From the NCBI GenBank assembly GCA_016926405.1, contig JAFGOQ010000225.1:1-44550 (forward strand): a stretch of DNA of 44,550 bases, read 5' to 3'. Within the stretch, counting starts at the first letter, position 1; each line of letters begins with the position of its first letter. Positions 24,027 through 32,445 of this stretch are shown here, piece after piece. A program made the position numbers and the translations under genes. This DNA comes from Bacteroidales bacterium (GTDB taxonomy: Bacteria > Bacteroidota > Bacteroidia > Bacteroidales > UBA6680). The notes under the pieces were generated by a model. That model was not told the origin of the DNA. It saw only the letters and a program-made list of their open reading frames with translations, and made no database searches.

Positions 24027-25193
24027 TTAATAGTCCACTTCGTTACCATAATATATTGAGGTAAACAGTTTTTTAAATTCATTATTAGTTGTTCTTCTTG
24101 GATTTGCACCTGTACATGCATCCGACTCAGCATTTTCAGCAATCTTGTCTAGATTATCAAAGAAAAACTTCTCGTCAACTCCTAAATCTTTAAGATTTAA
24201 AGGAATATTCAAACTTTTATTTATTTCATTCAATCTTCGCTTTAACGAAGAAATAAGTTGATCTTCAGTTTTCCCTTCAAGACCAAGTTGATTTGCCACC
24301 TCGGCATATTTACTACCACAAACAGATTTGTTATAATCAATCACATAAGGCAAATAAATAGCATTAGCAAAACCATGATGAACATTCAACACACCACTTG
24401 TTTTGTGCGACATACTATGAACAATTCCCAAAAGAGCATTTGAGAAAGCCATTCCTGCCATACATTGAGCAATATGCATGTCTTCTCTTGCTTTTTTATC
24501 TTTTTTATATGAGTTAACAAGATTATCGTTAATCATTTGCATAGCTTTTAGCGCCAAAGTATCAGTAATTGGCGTTGAAAGAGCTGCCACATAAGCTTCA
24601 AGAGCGTGAGTAAAAGCATCCATTCCTGTGTATGCTGCAGTTTCGGGTGTCATTAACTGAGCTAATGCAGGATCTAAAATTGCAATATCTGGAGTTATTT
24701 CATAATCAGTAAGAGGATACCTTATTTTAGTATCGTAATCTGTAATGATTGAAAAAGCAGAAACCTCCGATGCTGTTCCACTAGTAGTAGGAATAGCAAT
24801 AAATTTTGCTTTTGTTCGTAATTCAGGAATTGCAAAAGGGTCTTTAATATCTGTTATCGAAATATTTGGATACTCATAAAATATCCACATTGCTTTTGCA
24901 GCATCCATAGTAGCACCACCACCAATAGCTATTATCCAATCGGGCTCAAAACTAAGCATAGCAGCAGCACCCTTATTAACTGTATCAACAGAAGGGTCTG
25001 GTTCTATTCCTTCGAACAGACTAGTCTCTATTCCCGCCTCTTCTAAATAGTCAATACAGTTTTTAATAAAACCTTTTTGCTTTAAAGAGTCGTCTCGAGT
25101 AATAATAATAGCCTTTTTACCTTTAATGGTCTTAAGAGTCTGTAAACTATTGACTCCATAATATATGTCCCTAGGTAGTGTAAAGCGTGCCAT
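24027..25193 (-). CDS. Iron-containing (group III) alcohol dehydrogenase
   Basis: 388 aa with IAIGGGATMDAAKAM, PTTSGTASE, and the metal-binding His blocks FTHALEAY and HSMSHKTSGVLNVHHG. Confidence 0.85.
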   Translation of the reverse strand: MARFTLPRDIYYGVNSLQTLKTIKGKKAIIITRDDSLKQKGFIKNCIDYLEEAGIETSLFEGIEPDPSVDTVNKGAAAMLSFEPDWIIAIGGGATMDAAKAMWIFYEYPNISITDIKDPFAIPELRTKAKFIAIPTTSGTASEVSAFSIITDYDTKIRYPLTDYEITPDIAILDPALAQLMTPETAAYTGMDAFTHALEAYVAALSTPITDTLALKAMQMINDNLVNSYKKDKKAREDMHIAQCMAGMAFSNALLGIVHSMSHKTSGVLNVHHGFANAIYLPYVIDYNKSVCGSKYAEVANQLGLEGKTEDQLISSLKRRLNEINKSLNIPLNLKDLGVDEKFFFDNLDKIAENAESDACTGANPRRTTNNEFKKLFTSIYYGNEVDY

Positions 25194-25795
25194 TTTAATT
25201 ATTAGTTTTATGCTGTTATTCTGTTAACAATTTAGATGCCATTAGACTCAAACCATTAATAATTACAAACTTAAATGCTTCATATTAAAATAAGGGGGAT
25301 ACATTGATTGTTTATGCTTGATTTTAGTACACAATAAAACATGGCAGTGTACTAAATAAAGACAGTGTCATTTAAACGAACAAACTCAAACCTTAAACAT
25401 TGAATTTTAAAAGATATATTAGTCTATAAAACAAGTTATAATATCAGGTAAAACATTTATTTACTAACTAAAATTATTAGTTAGGTGTAATAGGGTATTG
25501 TAGAGATCTATTAAATTTTAAAAATCAAGGTGTTCAGTCTATACTAATTAGATAGCACAAACTGAAGAGCTGCAAAAATAGCTTTTAAGAATTAATTTTC
25601 AACAAAATATTATTTTATAAAACCTATCGTTTTTAATCCAAATCGTTTGATTTAAACATTTTATTAAGCAAACTATTTCAAGAAGTAACAACTTTCAAGA
25701 AATAGACAAAAAACAATTTCAGTTTGTTAATTATTAAGGCTATTATTCAACATAATATTATTTAAAAACATGTTTCTTTCTTAATCAATTAACAT

Positions 25796-25803
25796 TATTT
25801 TTG
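25796..25803 (+). promoter_or_regulatory. -7 promoter element TATTTTTG
   Basis: Matches TAnnTTTG, 38 nt upstream of the ATG at 25841. Confidence 0.5.
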
Positions 25804-25840
25804 CACAAACAATTGTTTAAAAAACAAAACATAATAAGAG

Positions 25841-27037
25841 ATGCCAAAGATATCACAAAAAGGAGCTAACATGCCAAGCTCTCCAATCAGAAAATTAGTT
25901 CCTTTTGCCGAAGAGGCTAAGAGACAAGGTAAAAAAGTTTATCACCTAAATATTGGTCAGCCAGACATCGTTACTCCAAAGGTAGCTTTAGAAGCTGTAA
26001 AAAATTGGGACGTTGATGTACTTGAGTATAGTCACTCTGCTGGTAACGAGTCGTACAGAAAAGGTCTTGCCGAATATTACAAAAGTGTTGGTATTGACAT
26101 AACATCTGATCAGATTTTGATTACTACTGGTGGATCGGAAGCTATCACATTTGCTCTAATGAGTACTTTGGACGAAGGTGATGAAATTATTATTCCTGAG
26201 CCATTCTACGCTAACTACAACGGTTTTGCTGCAGCGGCAGGTGTTAAAGTAAAAACTATTTACTCTAGCATTGATACAGATTTTGCTCTTCCTTCAATTG
26301 AGGAGTTTGAAAAGGCTATCACTCCACGCACAAAAGGTATCGTTCTTGTTAACCCAAACAACCCAACAGGATATTTATACTCTAAAGAGGAGTTAGAATC
26401 TCTTCGTCAGATTGTTCTTAAGCACGATCTTTATTTATATGCCGACGAGGTTTACAGAGAATTCTGTTACGATGGACACGAGCATTTCTCTGCTATGAAT
26501 CTTGAAGGAATTGAGCAAAACGTAATTCTTATGGACTCTGTTTCTAAACGTTACAGTATGTGTGGTGTAAGAATCGGTGCTCTTATTACTCGTAACAAAG
26601 AGGTTTACAATACTGCAATGAAATTTGCTCAGGCACGTCTTTGTCCACCTAGCTACGGACAAATTGCTGGCGAGGCTGCTTTAAACACTCCTAAAGAGTA
26701 TTTCGAAGAGGTTTATAACGAATATATCGACCGCAGAAACTTTATGGTTGAAGAGTTAAACAAAATTGAAGGTGTTTATTGTCCAAAACCAAAAGGTGCT
26801 TTCTACACTGTTGTTCAAATTCCGGTTGACGATGCTGACTACTTCGCTCAGTGGATGCTTTCTGATTTCGAGTATAAAGGACAAACTGTTATGGTTGCTC
26901 CTGCTTCTGGTTTCTACGCTAACCCTGAGTTAGGAAAACAACAAGTTCGTATTGCTTACGTTCTTAAAAAAGAAGATTTAAAGAATGCTGTTGAAACATT
27001 TGCAGCAGCTCTTAAAGCTTACCCAGGAAAGAAATAA
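25841..27037 (+). CDS. Class I PLP-dependent aminotransferase (aspartate aminotransferase-like)
   Basis: 398 aa with MPSSPIRKL, NIGQPD, NPNNPTG and DSVSKRYSMCGVRIG (PLP lysine). Confidence 0.85.
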   Translation: MPKISQKGANMPSSPIRKLVPFAEEAKRQGKKVYHLNIGQPDIVTPKVALEAVKNWDVDVLEYSHSAGNESYRKGLAEYYKSVGIDITSDQILITTGGSEAITFALMSTLDEGDEIIIPEPFYANYNGFAAAAGVKVKTIYSSIDTDFALPSIEEFEKAITPRTKGIVLVNPNNPTGYLYSKEELESLRQIVLKHDLYLYADEVYREFCYDGHEHFSAMNLEGIEQNVILMDSVSKRYSMCGVRIGALITRNKEVYNTAMKFAQARLCPPSYGQIAGEAALNTPKEYFEEVYNEYIDRRNFMVEELNKIEGVYCPKPKGAFYTVVQIPVDDADYFAQWMLSDFEYKGQTVMVAPASGFYANPELGKQQVRIAYVLKKEDLKNAVETFAAALKAYPGKK

Positions 27038-27057
27038 TTTTCTAAATATATTTTTTA

Positions 27058-27090
27058 AAGCCGTTGTAATTATTTGCAACGGCTTTTTTG
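27058..27090 (+). terminator. Terminator after the aminotransferase
   Basis: aagccgttg-taattattt-caacggctt followed by ttttg. Confidence 0.75.
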
Positions 27091-27196
27091 TTACCCATAA
27101 ATAAAGGTAAAACCACTAATTTTTGTTAATTTCTGCTTTAACTAAAATATTTGGCACTATTTTTATACTACTTCAGAATAAATTAATACTACAATT

Positions 27197-27874
27197 ATGA
27201 GAAAGAATATCGCATTATTTATTGTTTTTGCATTATGCAGTTTAAGTTCAGCTTTTGCACAGATAAATTATCAAGAAGATCCTTACATTGAAGTTACAGG
27301 AGTGGCTGAAAAAGAGATCTTGCCCGATGAAATCTATTTATCTATTACAATAGACGAAGAAAAGTCGAAACAGACATTAACTGTTTTAGAGAAAAAATTA
27401 CAAAAAGCTGTTTCGGATCAGGGTATCGACCTAAAAAACCTTACTGTTATTGACGCATACAGCGAATTAGACGAAGGCTTTTGGTCTAACAAAATTCAAT
27501 CGAAAAAAAGTTATCAACTAAAAGTTTCGACCGCTAAAGAGACGGCTTTGATAATACGCGAGCTTAATAAACAGGGAATTGCCCAAGTTAGATTACAACG
27601 TGTTGACCATAGCCAATTAGAAAAATTTAAGCTTGAATTAAAGGTAGAAGCAATAAAATCGGCACAAGCAAAGGCCAAGTTGTTGCTTGAAGCAATTAAC
27701 TGCAAAGCAGGAAAACCTCTTCGTGTAATTGAAAGAGACAACTACTACCAACCTGTTATGATGTCGTACCAAAAACGAGGAGTGGCATCGGCTGAGGAAG
27801 CTAATTTTCCAGAAATAGAGTTTAAAAAGATTACTCTTAAATACACTGTTGAAGCACGATTTGCTATAGAATAA
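27197..27874 (+). CDS. SIMPL-domain (DUF541) secreted protein
   Basis: 225 aa with a signal peptide, then IEVTGVAEKEILPDEIYLSITI and later AIKSAQAKAKLLLEAIN, typical of SIMPL. Confidence 0.65.
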   Translation: MRKNIALFIVFALCSLSSAFAQINYQEDPYIEVTGVAEKEILPDEIYLSITIDEEKSKQTLTVLEKKLQKAVSDQGIDLKNLTVIDAYSELDEGFWSNKIQSKKSYQLKVSTAKETALIIRELNKQGIAQVRLQRVDHSQLEKFKLELKVEAIKSAQAKAKLLLEAINCKAGKPLRVIERDNYYQPVMMSYQKRGVASAEEANFPEIEFKKITLKYTVEARFAIE

Positions 27875-27889
27875 CAGTCTGAAAATTTA

Positions 27890-28600
27890 TTATTTATATA
27901 GACTTTTGCAGTAATTGTAAAAGTCTATATCTTTTTTATACCATTTAGTAAGATTATCAATTGCTAATTCAGAAAGAAACACATCTTGACTATCTAAAGA
28001 GGAATGTTTTTTTATGGAATCAGAAGGCAAGCCAACCAACGAAGGCAAATTCAAAGCTGTTTTCAACTTATCAAAATCCAAATCTAACCTCTCTTGAAAA
28101 CCTACAAACAAAATATCATTTTTACGCTGTGCAAAATACTCATCGCTAATAACCCAATTGTAGAACGAACTTTTTACATGAGTAATACTTCTCATAGCAC
28201 ATTCAGCCTTATACTTTATATCTGCATTGGAACTATTTAACGACTCTGCAAGAGTGTTGGCTGTTGTAAAATTTGCAAAAGCAATCTTTTCATTATCGCT
28301 CCAAGGATAAAAATAGCGAGGCTGCCCTTGTCGCTGTCGCGAATTAAAACCGCTTACAAATCGAGTGATAGGGTCTCTGAGAACAAAAAATATTTTATCG
28401 CCATTTGGTATATCTTGTAATGATACATTATGCTTATGAAGGAAAATGAAGTGTTTTTTAGGTACCATATCTAATAAAGCTTCTTTAATTGCAGTTCCGC
28501 CAGTTTTACCAATATGCAAAAAATGGACATTCGTTTTGCCAGTCAATCTGTTTACAATTGATTTAATAGCAATCCTTATTTTTTGAGAGTCGATAATCAC
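27890..28600 (-). CDS. Sulfotransferase-family protein
   Basis: 236 aa with FLHIGKTGGTAIKEAL (PAPS 5'-phosphosulfate binding loop) and VLRDPITRFVSGF. The only in-frame start upstream of the P-loop is GTG at 28600. Confidence 0.65.
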   Translation of the reverse strand: MIIDSQKIRIAIKSIVNRLTGKTNVHFLHIGKTGGTAIKEALLDMVPKKHFIFLHKHNVSLQDIPNGDKIFFVLRDPITRFVSGFNSRQRQGQPRYFYPWSDNEKIAFANFTTANTLAESLNSSNADIKYKAECAMRSITHVKSSFYNWVISDEYFAQRKNDILFVGFQERLDLDFDKLKTALNLPSLVGLPSDSIKKHSSLDSQDVFLSELAIDNLTKWYKKDIDFYNYCKSLYK

Positions 28601-28786
28601 AATTATTTGCCTTTTATAAAATTAAAAAACAAGGTAGTACATTTTTAAAACAGTGCTTCACTATAGTAAAAAGTTTTAAACATAACAGGCAACGATGATA
28701 AACACATAACTCAACAACTACAATACTAGAATAGCATTCGGAAGTTATCAACAATTTAGTTACTGATTAAACATCTCCATAAAGAC

Positions 28787-28821
28787 AAAAAAAAGAGACT
28801 GTCACAAAAATACAGTCTCTT
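28787..28821 (-). terminator. Terminator of the purM-prfA-pyrF block
   Basis: On the minus strand: aagagactgt-atttttgtg-acagtctctt followed by T8. Confidence 0.8.
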
Positions 28822-28828
28822 TTAAAAT

Positions 28829-29659
28829 CTAAATTATATTGTGTTTTTTAAGTAGGTGTTCCATCTCTTGCTGAAGCTCATGCGCTGCTTTATTTGCCAT
28901 TTCGGCAAAATCTTCTTTGTCGGAGTTGTATATAATAGCTCTCGACGAGTTTATAAGCAATCCACACTTGCTATTTATACCATTTTCGGTTACCTCTTGC
29001 AAACTTCCTCCTTGGGCACCAACGCCCGGAACAAGCAGAAAATGATCTGGAATAATATTTCTAATATCTTTAAGCATATCGGCTTTAGTAGCACCAACAA
29101 CATACATCATATTATCGGCCGAGCCCCATTTACTTGTAGTTTTCAACACCTTCTGATACAATGTCTCGCTCTCTTTATCTTCGGTAAACTGAAAATCGAA
29201 AGCGCCTTTGTTTGAAGTTAATGCTAATACTATTGCCCATTTATTTGGGTGCTGAAGAAAAGGGGTAACCGAATCTTCGCCCATATACGGAGCAACAGTA
29301 ATAGAGTCGAAATTCATTGCATCGAAAAAAGCACGAGCATACATTAACGAAGTATTACCAATATCGCCACGCTTAGCATCGGCTATTGTAAAAACATCAG
29401 AATAATTACTGTTAATGTAATTAATAGTCTTCTCTAAACTTTTCCAACCACTAATTCCATGAGCCTCGTAAAAAGCAATATTTGGTTTATAAGCTACAGT
29501 ATACTTATGTGTTGCATCAATAATTGCCTTGTTAAATTCAAAGATAGGATCTTCGGTAGTTAACAAATGAGCAGGTATTTTTTTGATATCGCTATCTAAA
29601 CCAACACACAAATAACTTTTTTTGCGCTTAATATTTTCAAAAAGTTCGTCTCTAGTCAT
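28829..29659 (-). CDS. pyrF: Orotidine-5'-phosphate decarboxylase (type 2)
   Basis: 276 aa with [23 protein letters not shown] and [10 protein letters not shown]. Confidence 0.9.
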   Translation of the reverse strand: MTRDELFENIKRKKSYLCVGLDSDIKKIPAHLLTTEDPIFEFNKAIIDATHKYTVAYKPNIAFYEAHGISGWKSLEKTINYINSNYSDVFTIADAKRGDIGNTSLMYARAFFDAMNFDSITVAPYMGEDSVTPFLQHPNKWAIVLALTSNKGAFDFQFTEDKESETLYQKVLKTTSKWGSADNMMYVVGATKADMLKDIRNIIPDHFLLVPGVGAQGGSLQEVTENGINSKCGLLINSSRAIIYNSDKEDFAEMANKAAHELQQEMEHLLKKHNII

Positions 29660-29671
29660 AGCTACAAAATA

Positions 29672-30760
29672 TTACAAATCGCTCTCTTTAAGTCTTTCTG
29701 CATTTTCCGCCATCTGAAGTTTCGAAATAATCTCTTCAATATCGCCATCTAAAACAGCCGAAAGGTTATATAAAGTAAGATTTATACGGTGGTCGGTAAC
29801 ACGTCCTTGTGGATAGTTATACGTTCTAATTTTTGCCGAGCGGTCGCCTGTTGAAACCAAAGTTTTTCTGCGCGACGAAATTTCGTCTAAATACTTTTGG
29901 TGTTCCATATTGTACAGACGAGTACGAAGCTCTTTCATTGCCTTATCGAGGTTTTTAAGCTGCGATTTCTGATCCTGACAAGTAACAACAATTCCCGATG
30001 GTATGTGTGTTAAACGAATAGCCGAATAAGTTGTATTTACCGACTGTCCACCAGGTCCCGACGAACAGTAAGTATCTTTACGAATATCCGATACATTAAG
30101 TTCAATATCAAACTCTTCGGCTTCTGGTAAAGCTGCTACTGTAGCTGCCGATGTATGAACACGGCCTTGTGTTTCGGTTTGTGGCACACGCTGAACACGG
30201 TGTACTCCCGATTCGTATTTTAATACTCCGTAAACACCATCGCCAGTAACGTTCATAACAACCTCTTTGTAACCACCCGATGTTCCTTCGGTGAAAGATG
30301 TTACGTCAACTTTCCATTTTTTCGATTCGCAGAATTTAGTGTACATGCGGTATAAATCGCCTGCAAACAGACAAGCCTCATCGCCTCCTGTTCCTGCACG
30401 AATCTCTAGTACAGTATTTTTAGCGTCTTCCGGATCGGCTGGTATAAATAAGAATTTAATATTCTCTTCCATCTCTGGCAATTTTTCTTGAATCTCTTCA
30501 AGCTCCATTTTTGCCATTTCGCGCATCTCTTCGTCTGTTTCGTTTGCTAAAATCTCTTTAGCATCATCTAGATTCGACAAAGTTAATTTATACTCTTTTA
30601 GCGCTTCCATAATAGGCTCAAGGTCTCTATATTCCTTGTTTAGCTTGATAAAGCGCTTCATATCGGCAATTACATCTGGATCGGTAATTGCTTCAGCAAC
30701 TTCGTCGAAGCGAATTTTTATAGCCTCTAATTTTTCTAATATGCTAGTTCTACTACTCAT
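29672..30760 (-). CDS. prfA: Peptide chain release factor 1
   Basis: [14 protein letters not shown] (PxT tripeptide) and [11 protein letters not shown] (GGQ). Start placed at [12 protein letters not shown] (30760); the track start 30790 is also possible. Confidence 0.95.
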   Translation of the reverse strand: MSSRTSILEKLEAIKIRFDEVAEAITDPDVIADMKRFIKLNKEYRDLEPIMEALKEYKLTLSNLDDAKEILANETDEEMREMAKMELEEIQEKLPEMEENIKFLFIPADPEDAKNTVLEIRAGTGGDEACLFAGDLYRMYTKFCESKKWKVDVTSFTEGTSGGYKEVVMNVTGDGVYGVLKYESGVHRVQRVPQTETQGRVHTSAATVAALPEAEEFDIELNVSDIRKDTYCSSGPGGQSVNTTYSAIRLTHIPSGIVVTCQDQKSQLKNLDKAMKELRTRLYNMEHQKYLDEISSRRKTLVSTGDRSAKIRTYNYPQGRVTDHRINLTLYNLSAVLDGDIEEIISKLQMAENAERLKESDL

Positions 30761-30810
30761 CGTGATTAAAAAATTGAATTTAGTGTGCAAAGATAGCTAC
30801 AAAATGTTGT

Positions 30811-31980
30811 TTAGTATTCAAAAACACCATACTTACTTGATATTGTAAGTTTTTTTGTCTCCGACGACTCAACCCTTCCAACAATTTTAGCATCAATATT
30901 AAAGCTTTTCGATATTTCTATAATATCTTCAGCAATCTCTTTAGGAGCGTAAATCTCCATACGGTGACCCATATTAAAAACTTTATACATCTCGGCCCAG
31001 TCGGTTTTCGATTCTTTTTGAATGATATCGAAAAGCGGTGGCGTGTCAAATAAGTTGTCTTTAATAATATGTAGATTATCGATAAAATGCAGAATTTTTG
31101 TCTGTGCACCGCCCGAGCAGTGAACAAGTCCGTGAATTTGATCACGATATTTATCTAAAATTGGCTTAATAACAGGCGCGTAAGTTCTTGTTGGCGATAA
31201 AACTAGTTTACCAGCATCAATATTAAGGTTATCAATTTTATCGGTTAATTTATATCCTCCACTGTAAACTAAATCTTCGGGAACAGTTGAGTCGAAACTC
31301 TCGGGATATTTTTGCGCCAAATATTTACTAAACACATCGTGGCGAGCCGATGTTAATCCATTACTACCCATTCCACCATTATATTCGGTTTCGTATGTAG
31401 CCTGTCCAAACGATTCTAATCCAATAATAACATCGCCAGCGGCAATCTTCTCGTTTGTAATAACATCTTCGCGCTTCATACGAGCGGTAACAGTAGAATC
31501 AACAATAATTGTTCTAACCAAGTCGCCAACGTCGGCAGTCTCGCCACCAGTAAGGAAAATATCAATACCTAGCTCTCTTAAACCAGCAAGTAACTCTTCG
31601 GTTCCGTTAATAATAGCCGAGATAACTTCGCCAGGAATAACATTTTTGTTACGTCCAATTGTCGACGAAACAAGAATATTATCAACAGCACCAACGCACA
31701 ATAGGTCGTCGATATTCATAATAAGGGCATCTTGTGCAATGCCTTTCCAAACAGATAAATCGCCCGTTTCTTTCCAATACATATATGCCAACGACGATTT
31801 TGTTCCTGCACCATCGGCATGCATAATATTACAGTAATCGGTGTCGCCACCAAGAATATCTGGGATTATCTTACAAAATGCTTTTGGGTAAAGACCTTTG
31901 TCAAGGTTTTTAATTGCGTTATGAACATCTTCTTTAGAGGCCGAAACACCTCTTTTCATATATCTTGAATCAGAACTCAT
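30811..31980 (-). CDS. purM: Phosphoribosylformylglycinamidine cyclo-ligase (AIR synthetase), Bacteroidota type
   Basis: AIR-synthase-like blocks ADGAGTKS, DDLLCVGA and LTGGETADVG. Start placed at MSSDSRYMKRG (31980), because a TAnnTTTG motif lies inside the longer track ORF. Confidence 0.8.
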   Translation of the reverse strand: MSSDSRYMKRGVSASKEDVHNAIKNLDKGLYPKAFCKIIPDILGGDTDYCNIMHADGAGTKSSLAYMYWKETGDLSVWKGIAQDALIMNIDDLLCVGAVDNILVSSTIGRNKNVIPGEVISAIINGTEELLAGLRELGIDIFLTGGETADVGDLVRTIIVDSTVTARMKREDVITNEKIAAGDVIIGLESFGQATYETEYNGGMGSNGLTSARHDVFSKYLAQKYPESFDSTVPEDLVYSGGYKLTDKIDNLNIDAGKLVLSPTRTYAPVIKPILDKYRDQIHGLVHCSGGAQTKILHFIDNLHIIKDNLFDTPPLFDIIQKESKTDWAEMYKVFNMGHRMEIYAPKEIAEDIIEISKSFNIDAKIVGRVESSETKKLTISSKYGVFEY

Positions 31981-31994
31981 GGCGGTTTTTTTTG

Positions 31995-32002
31995 CAAAAA
32001 TA
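31995..32002 (-). promoter_or_regulatory. -7 promoter element TATTTTTG for purM
   Basis: Reverse complement of caaaaata, 14 nt upstream of the ATG at 31980, which implies a very short leader. Confidence 0.35.
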
Positions 32003-32197
32003 CACTTCCATTTCATTATCCGAAAATTAAACTCCCTTTAATGGCTCTTTTTTTTCGATAAAAATAAAAAAAGAACCACTTTGGCCTTTTTATCTGTTTT
32101 AAATATGGCCAGTTAACAGCTTTTATTTTTCGAATAGCTTTTTATTATAAATTGTTTATTAGAGTTTTTAACCTACAAAATAAAATTACGAACCCTT

Positions 32198-32290
32198 AGG
32201 ATAAGGTTTTAGCCCAATCGGATAAGGTTTTAACCCATCCGGATAGAGTTTTACCCCCTTCGGATAGGGTTTTACCCCCTTCGGATTGAA
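32198..32290. repeat. Phased array of four and a half 21/22-nt units, each with a GG(G/T)TTTTA(A/C)CC palindromic core
   Basis: The units are aggataaggttttagcccaatc, ggataaggttttaacccatcc, ggatagagttttacccccttc and ggatagggttttacccccttc, then ggattgaa. Confidence 0.85.
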
Positions 32291-32401
32291 TATGGACTAA
32301 TAGATTCGGGGCTTTCAGCGGTTTTATGAGAATAACACTATAACCAAAAGCCTCTGCTTAAAGATTAATTTATTTACACAAAAGCATTCAACTAAAAGAG
32401 C

Positions 32402-32428
32402 AAAAAAAAAGCACCTAAGTGGTGCTTT
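32402..32428 (-). terminator. Terminator after the OmpA-family gene
   Basis: aaagcacc-taagt-ggtgcttt with a T9 run on the minus strand. Confidence 0.8.
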
Positions 32429-32445
32429 TTATATTATTAATTTTC

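Noticed and set aside
27146-27170. TGGCAC-tattt-TTATA upstream of the SIMPL gene as a sigma-54 promoter
   Set aside because: The -24 element is good, but the -12 position reads AT rather than GC. It is more likely coincidental within an AT-rich sigma-A promoter region.
32198-32290. Coding potential of the purM-upstream array (minus-strand frame reads SEGGKTL SEGGKTL SGWVKTL SDWAKTL)
   Set aside because: I traced the frame back to an upstream TAA without meeting an ATG or another convincing start, and the region lies between a terminator and a promoter.
32198-32290. oriC or DnaA-box cluster (each unit contains (C/T)TATCC on the minus strand)
   Set aside because: Only the first six bases of the TTATCCACA box match, and there is no dnaA/dnaN context and no adjacent AT-rich unwinding element pattern.
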